A DNA stretch of 64,000 nt from Dendrobates tinctorius (GCF_039654945.1 NW_027361868.1:6696001-6760000); one strand, 5' to 3'; positions 24,897 to 37,754 are shown, numbered from the stretch's first letter. Notes: generated from the sequence alone by a model not told the origin. Numbers and translations: made by a program.

Positions 24897-25394
24897 TCCT
24901 TGAAATCAGGCTTTAGCCTCATTGCTCCAATTGTATAACTTCCAGTCCCTCTCCATGCCCTCTGCCTTTACTATTATGTGTGGACAAATGGCCGGTGGTA
25001 AAGAGCTCACTGATACCAGTGCAGTCTGTAGTAGGAGCCGTCCGTTCTAAAGTTGGTGTGAATTGATTGCTGGACCTTGTGCATTGGTCACTTAAGAAAT
25101 CTGTCACTACAGCAGCCTTGAGAACCGATACTTACTTGATGGCTCTTCTATTGATTAGCCATCATGGCGCAATGTCATTGTTGCAGTATGATGCACTTGT
25201 GACATTGCGTCAGACCTTCAAATTAAAAGAAGAGCCACAGATGCCATCATGTAAGGGGTGGTTTTCAGGGCTTTCGTCCAGTTACAAATTATTGACGTTG
25301 CCAATGAACTGGGTGCCACGAATCTATTCACTACAATTCTTGCTAGTTGAAAAGTTCATTAAATGTCTTCTTCCTAAATCTTCTCCCATCTCTT

Positions 25395-25835
25395 GTGAGT
25401 AATATTACTGAAAGTGGAAGGAACCGCAGTAACTCAGCCACAAAGTGGAGACCCCATAATGATACAGAGTGGGGATGCTGAGTACTGAGGGGCAGAGGAT
25501 AGAAAAGTCACCAATGCTCTGCTGACTCCATAGCTGCATAGTCCAGACCTCCTCTGGTTTAACATCAGCACAAACAGTGCGCACCCACCTGGAGCTTCAT
25601 GGCCGAGCAGCTTCATGAAGAGTTATATCACCAAACACAATGCCAAGCGTCGAATGGAGTGTTGTAAAGCCACCACAACTGGACTCTGGAGGAGATGTGT
25701 TCTGTGCAGTGACCGATCACACTTTTCTGTCTGGAGTCTGTTGGAGGAGTCTGGGTTTGAATGCCAGGAGAACGTTACCGGCCTGACTACATTGTGCCCA
25801 CTGTAAAGTTGGTGAAAGAGGATAATGCTATGGGC
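25395..25835 (+). pseudogene. Degraded Tc1 transposase fragment
   Basis: ITKHNAKRRMECCK...VLCSDRSHF, a decayed version of the WSDES motif, and the TVK.G region. Confidence 0.6.
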
Positions 25836-26529
25836 TTATAATTAGGGATGAGCAGCCCCATGGTTTAAAGTTCAGTTCGGCTTCCAATTATGACCCAGAA
25901 CCCAAACCGAATAGAAGTCAATGGTGACCTGATCTTCAATGCTTTAAAATGGCTATAAAATGGTCATACTAGTAATGGATTGGGGGCTGCAAAGGGAAGC
26001 AAAAAAGGGAGTAAGAGCACAACATTTGCCTTGCAAATGTGGACAGAGAAATTACTTAAAATAACATAGAATTAAAAAAATAATTAAATATTAATCTTGA
26101 ACCAGGAGGTGGACATCCAAGTGGAGGAGGAAGTAGAGGTGGAAGTGGTGGTGTAGGTAGAAGAGGCAAAGAAGTAGTTATCCAACACTGTTTTTGTGTT
26201 TTTTTTTTCATGTTTTATTTTTTATAGAACTAACGTAAAAGAACATAGAATTAAAGCAAAAAAATAACAATCTAGAATCAGGAGGTGGATTTACAAGTGG
26301 AGGAGGGGGTGGAGTAAGTGGAGGTGGATGTGGCGGTGAAGGTGGGACAGGTAGAGAAGGAGGTATTCAACACTTTTTTTTTTAATTTGTGGAGACCCCA
26401 AAATGAAATGAATGGCAAATAGTGCTCAACAATAGCAGTGTGTGGCTGGTGTAGTTGTCTACAGAAGAATGGACACGGCACTCATAAGGGAGTTTGGTAG
26501 TGGTGCTCAAGTAGGGTGTCCAGCCCATA

Positions 26530-26970
26530 GTAGCAATGGAAAAATAAACTTGGCACTCAAAGTTGATGCAAAACAAGTGTTCCTTTTATTTCGGATCCAG
26601 TGATTATGTAGTTTAGTTAAATTTTTGTGGCCAACATCTGGACCTTCATCAGAACTAATGTTTGCTGGTTCTCTAGGAGAGCACAATCCCCAGGCGACAT
26701 TGCTCGCAATTCACCAAGCACTGAGGCTCGTCGACTCCTTCCAGCATCCAGGTTTCTCTGAAATCCATCCTGAAACACAACAGGATTTACTTATTAGGAT
26801 ATCACATCCCTCCAGCTCTCCTACAGAACCAGCAAATGTTAGTTCTGATGAAGGTCCTGATGTGGGCTGTAGAACGTTTAACTAAACTACATAATCACTG
26901 GATGGAAAATAAAAGGACCACGTCTTTTGAATCAACTTTGAGTGTCAAGTTTATTTTTCCATTGATATAG
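26530..26970. mobile_element. Fold-back element with ~155-bp inverted arms, each carrying a hammerhead-like core (Penelope-type inverted termini)
   Basis: 26530-26682 is the reverse complement of 26815-26970; CTGATGAAGGTCC at 26845 (+) and its mirror at 26640-26652 (-). Confidence 0.7.
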
Positions 26971-26974
26971 TTGT

Positions 26975-28345
26975 CTAGTCAGCCAAAGGTATGGGCAAGT
27001 CCTGTAGGAGCCACGCCTGGTTCAATTTAATAAATGTTAGCTTCCCCACGTTGGCTGTGGACACTCGACTGCGCCTGTCTGTGATCACACCTCCTGCCGA
27101 GCTAAACACATGTCCTGACAGTGTACTTTCCGCAGGACAGACCAGCACCTCCAAGGCATAGCGGCCATGTGTCCAATTTGGACACCCAAAAATTAAAAGG
27201 GGCAGACCCATCAGTTAGTACGTGGAGACGTGTGGACAGGTATTTTTTCACCATGTTGTTTTAACGGACCGTATCAGATGGTGATGCTGGATGTTGTGGC
27301 ATGCTGAGAAAGCGATGCAGCACAACACAGCACACATGTCCCGCATGGAGGCCCACTCATTGGTGATGAAGTTATATTGTTCTGCGAAGCGGATTTAGCT
27401 GGGTGTGCTGCATCTAAAACTCCAATATTGCCTGCTGCTGCTCACACAGTGTCTCCAGCACATGCATGGTGGAGTTCCACTTTGTTGGTACATCTCATAT
27501 CAGCCTGTGAGCAATGAGCAGGAAGGCAGAAGTAGCACTGCAGTGCAGACAGGCGAGCAGCAACAGGGTGAGAATGCCGAAAACGCGCACACACTGGCTG
27601 CAGTTTCAGCAGCAGCTCTGAAATAAGTGGGTAATTTTTAAGGAAGCTCTGCACCACCAAATTTATCACATGTGCCAGGCAAGGCATGTGCGTCAAACTG
27701 GGTAGGCCTAGAATTGCTGCAAGATTTCTCCCGTTATTGCACACCACTAGACCGGGCTTGAGGTTCACTAGCACCAACTACTCATCTGTTTGCTGTTTGA
27801 TCCCTGTCCACAGCTCCGGCCTGCTGTGGCATTTGTCCCCCAAACGGATTAGTTTCAGAACAGCCTGCTGTTATTTCCCCCTGGATGTGCGGAAGTTGGT
27901 GGTGCAGGTGTTACTGTGACTGGATGAGGAGGCAGTGAAGGAGGTGAAATAGGAGGAAGAGGCAACCTGAACAGAAGAACCTTGAGCAATCCTCGGTGGT
28001 GGTAGGACATGCGCTAGAACGCCTTCCGCCTTTGTCCCAGCTGCCACTACATTTACCCAATGGGAAGCTAGGGAGATGTAACTTTCCTGACTATGCTTAT
28101 TGGTCTACATATCGGTGGTTATTTGGACCTTGCCACTGAAAGCATTGCACAGTTCACACCTGATTTTGAGTGTGTGCAGGACAGAGATGGCCCACCTGGA
28201 AAAGTAGTAGAAGATGGGAGAAACATACTGCAAACCAGCCACCGCCATCTGTTTTTTAAAACTGCATGTCTCCACCAACTGGAATGGCAGTATTTCAAAA
28301 TACAGTAATTTGGAAATGCTGTCATTCAGGACACAGCTACAGAGC
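26975..28345 (-). pseudogene. Decayed hAT (Ac/ZBED-like) transposase within a larger hAT element starting at ~25843
   Basis: KVQITTD, VCNNGRNL...HMPCLAHVINLVVQ, and the hATC dimerisation motif YALEVLVCPAESTLSGHVFSSAGGVITDRRSRVS...LTFIKLN. Confidence 0.9.
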
Positions 28346-28701
28346 ATAATTATATTTTAGACACACTACTCGTACAAACAAGGCTGCAGAGTACACAGAG
28401 GCTTTATGGCACAGCACTCCGACAGGCAGGGATGCAGAATATACAGGGGCTTTTTGGCACAATACTCCCACAGGCAGGGGTGCAGAGTAGACACAGAGGC
28501 TTTTTAGCACAGTTCTCCCACAGGCAGGGGTGCAGAGTACACAGGCTTTTTGGCACAGTACTCCCACAGGCAAGGTTGCAGAGTACACACAGATGCTTTT
28601 TGGCACACTACTCCCACAGGAAGAGGTGCAGAGGTTTTTGCACAGTACTCCCACTGGCAGGGGTGCAGAGTAGACAAAGAGGCTTTTTGGCACAGTACTC
28701 A

Positions 28702-29815
28702 TGTGGTACTCGCATGCACGGGGGATGCAGTGACTAGCCGGAGATGGAGCAAGCTTATATTCAACTTTTATATATGGATTGTAAGAATAACGGGTAAGCT
28801 GACAATAGTTTTCCACGCAGGGAGGTTAAATAATACACAAATAACTCGATATAAGACTACTTGGCAAGTGCCTGCAACTAGACGGCACGATATGGCCGGC
28901 TGTGAGTCCTCAAACTATAATTAACAACCAACGGAGTGTCACTTATCCTTGTCTGATGTCCTGCAGAGTTGCTGTCCAGGAGGTGTCCGTTCGGCATCTC
29001 AGCCGCTGGGCCCAGCCAATGAAGAGCTGTCGGAGGCTTCAGGTGTTCCTACGCCTAGGTGCAGCGGGGGCGTAACAGGCCCCAGAAGAGTTTCCCAGCA
29101 TCGAGACCGTCCTTCTTGGGGGCGAGGTGGTAGCAGCCGCGGTCTTTGATGGACAGGCCGCAGCAGCGGGATGGAGCCGGGCAGTGGTGGCCACGAGGCT
29201 CAGGGTCTGGGCCGTAGTTGCGGTGTGGAGCATGACAGTGGCGGCCGCGGGTGGCAGCGTATAGGCCGCAGTCGCGGGATGAAGCAGGGCAGCGGCGGCC
29301 GCAGGTGGCAGCGTACAGGCCGCAGCCGCGGAGTGGAGCGAGGCAGTGGTGGCCATGGGTGGCCGCGTAAGGCTACAGCCGCGGGATGGAACGGGGCAGC
29401 GGTGGCTGTGGGTGGCAGCGTACAGGCCACAGCCGCTGTGTGGAATGGAGCAGTGGCGGCCGCGGGTCTCAGCGTCGGGGCCGCAGCCGCACGTGTCAGC
29501 ATTCTGTCTCTTCCTGGCGTCGCTTGGTACCGTCCTCTCCCTGGATCAGGTGAGCCCCTGTTCTGTGTCTCTGGAAAAAAAGGGCTCCCTCCTGCTCTCC
29601 AGGGCCACCTAGGTTCCTCCTTCCTGACTCTTGTCTTTCTCCTCATCGAGTGCCCCCTGCTGGTCTCCTGTTCTCCTTTAATAGTTGCCCCGCACTTTCC
29701 AGAAGAGTCTTTGTCCCGGCCTGTAACTGCTTCCCCGGGATCACACTCCCTGGGGAACCTAAGTGACAGCCCCTTAGTTCCGACACGGTTACACAGTGGG
29801 GTTCTCTCTCCTACA
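28702..29815. mobile_element. TG...CA-bounded insert (probable solo LTR), 4-bp TSD CTCA, with an internal 54-bp GC-rich tandem repeat
   Basis: CTCA at 28698-28701 and 29816-29819; TGTGG...CTACA; about 6 units of 54 bp at 29155-29490. Confidence 0.65.
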
Positions 29816-30744
29816 CTCATACAGGCAGGGGTGCAGAGTACACATAGATGCATTTTTGCACTGTACTCCCACAGCAAGGGGTGCAGAGTAGACACAGAGG
29901 ATTTTTTGCACAGTACTCCCACAGGCAGGGGAATAGAGTACAAGGAGGTTTTTTTGCACAGTACTCCTACAGACAGGGGTGCAGAGGACACACAGCTTTT
30001 TGCACAGTGCTCATACAGACAGGGGTGCAGAGTAATCAGAGGCTTTTTTTGCAAAGTAGTCTCACAGGCAGGGATACAGTGTACACAGAGGCTTTTTGGC
30101 ATAGTACTACCACAGGCAGGGTTGCAGAATACACAGAGGCTTTTTTGCACAGTACTCTGACAGGAAGGGGTGCAGAGAACACAGAGGCATTTTTGCACAG
30201 TATTCCCATGGGCAGGAGTGCAGAGTACACACTGTGGCTTTTGAGAACAGTACTCCCAGAGGCAGGGGTGCAGAATACCCAGAGGCATTTTTGCACAGTA
30301 CTCCCACAGGCAGGGGTGTAGAGTACAGACTGAGGCTTTTGAGAACAGTACTCCCACAGGCAGGGGTGCAGAGGACACGCAGAGGCTTTTCAGCACAGTA
30401 CTCGTACAGACAGAGGTGCAGGGTACACAGAGGCTTTTTTGCACAATACTCCCACAGGCATGGGTGCAGAGTACACAGAGGCTGTTTGCACAGTACTCAC
30501 ACAAGCAGGAGTGCAGAGGACACAGAGGCTGTTTTGCACAGTACTCCCACAGGCAGGGGTGCAGAGTAGACACAGTGGCTTTTTGGAACAGTACTCCCAC
30601 AGGCAGGGGTGCAGAGTTGACACAGAGGCTTTTTGGAACAGTACTCCCACAGGCAGGGGTGCAGAGAACACGCAAAGGCTTTTTGACACAGTACTCATAC
30701 AGATGGTTACAAAGTACACACAGAGGCTTTTTGGCACAGTACTC

Positions 30745-31653
30745 TGTTATGATTGGGTCACCGATGAGGAAAGCAAGACCAAGCTAAGCCAGAGAGGTTG
30801 GTAACTAAGCGAATTGCAGACCCCTGATCCTTTCCACACAACTAGCAGTAGCTGTGGAGCATACCTACGATGATCCTAGACGCCTCGACACAGCCGGATA
30901 ACTAAATAAGCCTAAAGCAAGAAAGGGGAAATCTAAACTGCCCCAGAGCAGACCCCAAAGGAATAGATAGCCCCCAAACATATATTGTCGGTGAGACAAG
31001 ATGAAAACACAAATGCAGGTAGGAAAATAGACTGAGCAAATGAAGGGGCAAACACTAACTAGACAGGACAGGACAGGAAAGGAAAGACTCTGTCTGCAAT
31101 CACGCAAAAAACCCTGGTTCAAAAAATGCCCAACACGTCTGATAGAAAAATACTGAAGTCACTAGATTTCGCCCACTATATCAGCACTCTGGTATATTCT
31201 GAAAGCAGAGCAAAAAGAGGCCAATCTAATAAGGGACAAAAACAAACTGGCACAAGCAGTAACATATGGATGGAGATTCAGCACAGCCCCAGCCGGAGCT
31301 GGCTGAACACACAAAACTGAAATAGACAAAACCAGATCAAATGTGAACAATAGCAAAAGAACACTTAGCTGAGCATGCAGGGACTGAGCTGGAATCTAAG
31401 ACCTCAGGAGGCAGGAAAAATCACCAGCAGGGATAGAGGGAGTCGGCTGTCTTAAATCCAGTCAGAAACTCCAGATCTCCAGTCATGCTCCTCATTATCA
31501 GTTGGCAGGCCTCTGTTAATTAGATCAGCTCCATTACCTCCAGTAACCACCAGAGGGAGCCCGGAAAGAGAACTCGTGACCCCTCTGTCAATACAATCAG
31601 CTCCACTACCTTCACTAGTAATCAGAGGTAGGCCAGAAAGCGATTTAACAACA
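30745..31653 (-). mobile_element. Solo LTR, 909 bp, 6-bp TSD GTACTC
   Basis: TGTTATGA...TAACAACA; GTACTC at 30739-30744 and 31654-31659; same family as 8002-9703 and 139-613. Confidence 0.85.
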
Positions 31654-33389
31654 GTACTCATACAAACAGGGGTGCAGAGTACACACAGAGGCTTTTGGCA
31701 CAGTAATCCCATCATGCAGCGTCATGTATCTTTCTATGTGACATTACTATAACCATTTCATAGAAAGGCAATTTTAAGGGCTATTCCCATCTTATATGCG
31801 ATAAATTCTAGACAGTTCCAGGTCTCACAACTTGAAACTTCACCTATTGGGAAAAGTACTGTCCTGTAATCCCATCCGACATAAAATTTAGCCATCAATT
31901 CCTGTACCCTTAATGGAGAGAGAAGTGAGCAATATGATACTCTGTCTATTAATTTTAATTATTTTAATTGAGAAATAGGTTGCTGACTGATACTTTGGAT
32001 GAAGAAGGATCTACACCAAAACTAAGCATGGAGGAAGCTCTCATAAAGTTAGGGAAAACGTAAATCTTCCTATGTTTTCTGGGCTGCAATAATTAATTAA
32101 TTAATTAATATATTATTAGTAGTAGTAACAATAATAATGATTGCTATAATTTAAAGGGATTGTTCATCCACCTAATCTTTAAAAAATCTTACTGATTTTC
32201 CCCACTACTGATATCTTTCTTATTCTTTCCAGGTTCTCCAACAATTGCTGCACTTTCTTCTCCACTAATCTGTTAAGCAAGATGTGTGACCACTGTCTCT
32301 GACAGTGACATGTCACAACCACTAAGGTCACCTGTGCAACCAATGATTGGCTGCAACAGTCACATGTCTGTGATGATAAATCATCATTGGAGAAAGCAGA
32401 ACAAAGACTGGCATGGGCTCAGGAACCATCAGAGCAGGAGCGGAGGATCTCTGAGGTATTTCCTCATTTATTACTGTAGAGCATTCTTAGCATTTTTTCT
32501 TTAAGTTTGGTGGCTCCTTTAATGGATTACAAAAAAAGAATAAAAAAAAACAAACAAGCAAAAAAAGGGCTACTCTTTGCCATAGGATTCATCTGGTATT
32601 ACAGTTCAATGAGGTTAACCTGCAATACCAGCCATAGCCTTTGGACAAAGGTGGCACTGTACTTCTGGAAAATTAACAGCCTTTGTTTTCTAATCCTGGA
32701 CAACCTGTTTAATGTTAATCTAAATGGAAAGAGTAAAAACTAGATGAAGAGCAATTTTTGCCAGGTGGAGCGGTAAAGCAGGTTCCCAGCAGGGAACAGA
32801 TGCATGTTATATAACACAGGTAGAGAGGTCAGTAAAAAGTGCGTAAAATACTGCGCATTCTAGAAAGCTGCATTTAGGAGGTTTATAACTCCATAAGGGA
32901 AGCAGGTAAAGTTATTTTAGGCTCTGTCTCATGTCTCACAAGGACATATGTTACGCTTCTCCAGACTAGCAGCCAATAAAATCACCATCTGTGCGGCAGG
33001 TGCAATGACTGAAGAGCTGCGGATAGTGACAAGACACGAGCGGGTGTACGGCTATAACCAGGTATTCAGCTGCTACAACCAGAATGGCTGTTAAATATCA
33101 TAAAGCGGAGGCGCAGCAGCCCCCTCTGCTCACAATCCGCAGCAGGTCATGTTTTCAGTACCTCGCTGCATGGAGCAAGGTGCGGGAATCACTGGCTAAC
33201 TCAATTACATTATGCAAGCACAGAGGGTTATTTATTAAAGCAGGTCCCATTTGGCAGCGGAGAAAACCTGGTTCATCTGGTTATTATAAAATAAGCAGCT
33301 AGTGTATTTTATTTCCTACAGATAAATCTCCCTCTACTTCTGCCTGTAACATACCCACCACTGTTCCATAAATAGAGAACAATATAAAT

Positions 33390-33725
33390 GCATTTTTTTT
33401 TTACCCGGTGTAAATGCCGCTTTTCTCCTGAATCCGGCAATGTTTTTCTTTTCTTCCTGCGCCTCTCTGTTCCTGAGATATGGTCCTCCCTTGTATATAA
33501 ATCTAGTCATTTTATATTATACAATAGGTGTGGCCTTTAACTCTTCTTTGTGGATATCTTCTGGTTGTCTAAAAGACTAGATTTATACACAAGAAAGATG
33601 AGGCCATATCTTGGGAATGGTGAGGTGCAGGAAGAAAAAGAAAAACAATGCGGAATATAGAAAAACAGTGGCATTTTTATCAAAGAAAAAAATTACTTAA
33701 TTTTGACAAGTGACAAGTCCTGTTT
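33390..33725. mobile_element. Kolobok/T2-type MITE
   Basis: Inverted arms (GAGATATGGTCCTC/GAGGCCATATCTT; TATAAATCTAGTC/GACTAGATTTATA). Confidence 0.5.
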
Positions 33726-33867
33726 ACTGTCTCCACCTTTTTGATCACTGTATGTGTAGTGCTCAACTAGCACTGTCTATACAGCAACAGGAAGCACTAA
33801 TGGCACGGTCATGTGATCACTGGGTGTAGAGATTGAGCAGGAACTGCTGGGTCATAGGAAACCCAAT

Positions 33868-34465
33868 TGTAATGCTGAGTCACTACTCACGGGAAAGCTG
33901 TGAGACAAGGTAGTTAGGACCTCCAAGGTCAGATATTGGGAGGGCTCGTAGTACAGAGGGGTAAGCCAAAGGTGTGGTTAGGAAACAGTCCGGGGTCAAA
34001 AGCAAGGATAGTGCGTCAAAATCAGGGCGTACAACAACCGGATAGTAAAAGGCTAAGTCCGGGTTCAGATACCTGAAGTCAGGCAGTATCAAAAGCAGAA
34101 GGGAGAATCCACAAGAATAGTCACAACAAATTCCAGGTCCGGCAACAGGGTCAGAGAAAAGAGACACAGATGTAAGCAAACACATCCAGCATAAGCAGAA
34201 CTACAACTGACGCTGACTGCTAAAAACTAGCCAGCTAAGTACCTTGCAAATGATTAAGCATGGGAGGAGCCTGAGGCAATCTAAATCAGATAGAGCAGCA
34301 AATCTGTCAACCAAAATGCTGACAGCCCAGCACGCCCCAGGATCAGATTGGATAACTGGACTGTCACTCACACAACCAACAGTCCAGCACACTCCAGATT
34401 CCATAGGGTAGCTGAGCTGTCACTCACAGAGTCCTTAGACCACAGTCACTTAAGAAACTGTGACA
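33868..34465 (-). mobile_element. 3' LTR of a decayed Gypsy element
   Basis: TGTAATG...GTGACA ends; PPT GAACAGGGGGTAC adjacent on the minus strand. Confidence 0.75.
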
Positions 34466-36722
34466 GTACCCCCTGTTCTAGGGGGCCACTAGACCCAAAG
34501 GCTTCCAAGGAAACCTAGCATGAAAGACCCTATCCAGTCGATCGGCCCTCAACGATAGAGATGGAACTCATGGTCTCTCCTTTGGACCATATCCTTTCCA
34601 AAGTATAAGGTACTGAAGGAAATTTCAGATCATCTGAAAATGCACAACACTCTAGACTGTCATCGACAGGAGGCGAGGACAATGGTGACTCCACTGAGGG
34701 AACAAATGCCTTCAACAGTCTCTATGGAAGATATTAGAGATGTGGAGAGATGGAGGAAGCTTCAACCTAAATGCCACTGGATTGATCACTTCCAGGACCT
34801 CATGGGAACCGATGAATTTCGGACTTAACTTCGCTGACGGTACCTTAAGTTTATTGTTTCTGGATGATAGCCAGATCCTATCTCCCACCTTAAAGACAGA
34901 ACACGTTCGGCGGTTCTATCAGCCCTCTGTTTTTGGTGAACTTGAGCAACCCCAATATTCCTTTTCAACTTCCTTCTAAACATCCCCAAGCCCAAGATTC
35001 TGTATAGTGACCTCCACCTCTGGACACTCATAATATTTCCTGGAACACTCACCAAAATGGGGATGCAAACCATATTTACAGAAAAATGGTGAAGTTCCAG
35101 TGGATTCATTGACCCAACCATTAAAGGCGAACTCTGCAAGAGGTAGGAATGAGGGCCGGTCCTCCTGCTGAGCACCAATGAAACACACCTCAAAATTTGC
35201 TCCAAAAATAATTAGTACTCTCCGTCTGAGCATTGGTTTCAGGTTGGTAAGCAGAAGAAAAAGACTAGTCAATGCCCAGTTTCTTACAAGAAGCTCTCTA
35301 GATCTTGGGGACATGTTGCTCTCCCCTATGAGACATAATGTTAAGAGGAATTCCATGCAACCTCTTCACATGAAGGATAAACAACCTGGACAGTGTTTCT
35401 ATATTAGGTAAACCTGACAACAGAACAAAATGAGCTTGTTTACTGAAACGGTCAACTACCACTCAGACAACAGTTTTTACATCTGACAGTCAAATCAGTG
35501 ATGAAATCCATGGACAGATAAGTCCACAGTCTTTCCGGAATTGGCAACAGAACGAATACTCCAATATGACTGACTTTAGCGCAGATTTCACAGCTGGATA
35601 CAAAATCTTTAATATACTTACTCATTAAAAGCCGCTAAAAGCGTCTGAAAATAGCTTTCTGTGTAGTTATGAAACCAGGGAGCCACTCAAGACGGAATCA
35701 TGAAACTCCTGTAATAGGTGTGATCTTAAGTAAACAGGTACAAATAGCTTGAACCCTGGAGTGGCGGACAGGGCCGACGACTGAGTTTTACGGATCTCCG
35801 CTTTCAACTCAGAGGATACCACAGAAACCACAATGCCCTTAGGAAGAATGGAGTATGGAGGTTCTGGAGGTGAAACTGAATCAAGACTGCGTGACAGTGC
35901 GTCAGCCTTCACATTCTTATACCCTGGACTGAATGTGATAGAGAGCTTGAATCTAGAGAAAAATAAGAACCATCTGGGATGTCTAGGATGATCAGTGACC
36001 ACAGTGATTTGATTAACTGCCCTCTCCAAAAAGTGCCTCCATTCTTTAGAAGCTAATTTAACAGCGAGTAACTCACGATTCCCGACATCATAATTTCATT
36101 CAGCAGAGGTAAATTTCTTTGAAAAAAATGTACATGGCCACAAATTAATCAGAGTTTTGAGCCCCTGAGATAAATTGGTCCCTACCTTACCTTTGAAGCA
36201 TCCACCTCTACAATTAATGGTTTCCGAAGATTGGGTTGGGTTAGAACAGGACCAGACATAAAATACTTCTTCAATTTTTCAAAAGCCCCAATAGCATCCG
36301 GTGACCAAACTTTGAGATCCACCCCATTACGTGTGAGGTAACTAAGAGGTTTAATAATCTGAGAAAAACCCCTTAATGAATTTCCTGTAATAGTTGGCGA
36401 ATCTTAGAAAACATTGCAATGCTTTCAGGTCAGTAGGTTGGACCCAATCTATTATGGCTTGCACCTTCTCAGGATTCATTTTAAAACCATCAGCTGACAA
36501 AATGTATTCCAGAAATGAAACCTCCTGACCAGAAAAAATACATTTCTCAATTTTCGCAAAGAAAGAATTTTCCCTCAATCTTTGTAATACAACCCGGACA
36601 AGTTCCTGGTGAGAATCCAAATCAGAAGAGAAAATTAAAATATCATCATGGTAAATAACAATACATTTCCTATTACAATCAGAAAAGACAATATTCCTAA
36701 AGTTTTGAAACACTGCTGGCAT
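34466..36722 (-). pseudogene. Frameshifted Gypsy/chromovirus pol remnant (RT C-part, RNase H, integrase, chromodomain)
   Basis: CIVIYHDDILIFS...KIEKCIF..EVSFL, FANYYRKFIKGF, VVTDH, PGYKNVKADALSR, EFHDSVLSG, LPLAEFAFN...STGTSPFF. Confidence 0.92.
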
Positions 36723-36974
36723 AACAAGATTTTTAAAAAAGAAAAAAGTGGTTTGGTACCGTGTTAGCCAGTAGAAAAAAATCTATAAAGCGCTCTCAGT
36801 AAGAGAAACAAAATAGGAATCTTGTGGCTTCATCAGGCTGATATAACAAAATATTTGAAGAAACCTTATTTATTGAAGAGACGTAAGTTGTCTCGAAAGC
36901 TTGCTTTGTAACATCATTCACTAGAACTTGTTAGCCATTAAAAGGTATCACACCCACAAGATTTTTAAATAGAC

Positions 36975-37184
36975 CTTCAGACGTTAAAAACGCCAGTTTC
37001 CCATTTTCCACTACACTATGTGGTAAAATGAATGTTGTCATTCAAAAGTACATCTTGTCCCTCAAAAAAACAAGCCCTCATATATCTGCGTGGGCAGAAA
37101 AATAAAAGCGTTATGACTCTGAGAAGAAGGGGAGATAAAAACGGAAACGCAAAAACAGAAATTGGTCCGTCGTGAAGGGGTTAA
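36975..37184. mobile_element. Right end of a piggyBac-like non-autonomous element
   Basis: Terminates GTCGTGAAGGGG-TTAA. Confidence 0.4.
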
Positions 37185-37754
37185 ATCATCACTTTTTTTA
37201 TTGTCTTCTTATAAGAGTCTAAATTCAGTGCTGATCGATTTCCAAATAGGTTTTTATAATGGTCACACCTGTATTTCTCGGCTTCTGAGCTCCAAAACTT
37301 TTGCATAGAAATAGAATCAAGTGAAAAATGTTAAGCTGCCTTCGACCACCACTAGGTGACAATTTTGAGCTAGCGACATGTTTTTTTTTTTTATTACTCC
37401 ACTATTCCTACGCAGGCGCAGTAACAGCAATACAAAAATCCAGAGGGATGATATAGAACAGATATGTTGGAAAGCGCAAGTGGTGTGAGACATGTCCACT
37501 GCTCCTGTCAGCACCACTAAGCATACACAGATGTTAATTTCTTCGCACTCCCGATGCGATAGCATAGGGCCTATTTCTAGTATGTAATAATGTATTGCAA
37601 ATCTCTGTCTGTGAAGGTGATATGTGACTTTGTAGCATTAAAAAACAAGTTCCAACTGATGTAATGGTGTATGAAAAATTAATCGGCATCATTTTTTTCA
37701 TTTAGATAACATGAAAAATTGGCATTCTAAGGTCGATATTCACTTGTTGTATTC

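Larger units (their letters stand above)
28360..31715. repeat. ~50-bp minisatellite (CACAGTACTCCCACAGGCAGGGGTGCAGAGTACACACAGAGGCTTTTTGG)n interrupted by two LTR-type inserts
   Basis: Units at 28360-28701, 29816-30744 and 31654-31715. Confidence 0.9.

Noticed and set aside
29171-30804. Long ORFs of 329 and 491 aa, Cys-rich
   Set aside because: They run across an LTR-insert/minisatellite boundary and cycle through the frames of a ~50-bp unit; not a gene.
30736-31659. Apparent 9-bp TSD (ACAGTACTC) around the LTR
   Set aside because: Comparison with the other copies shows the LTR end is ...AACAACA, leaving a 6-bp TSD.
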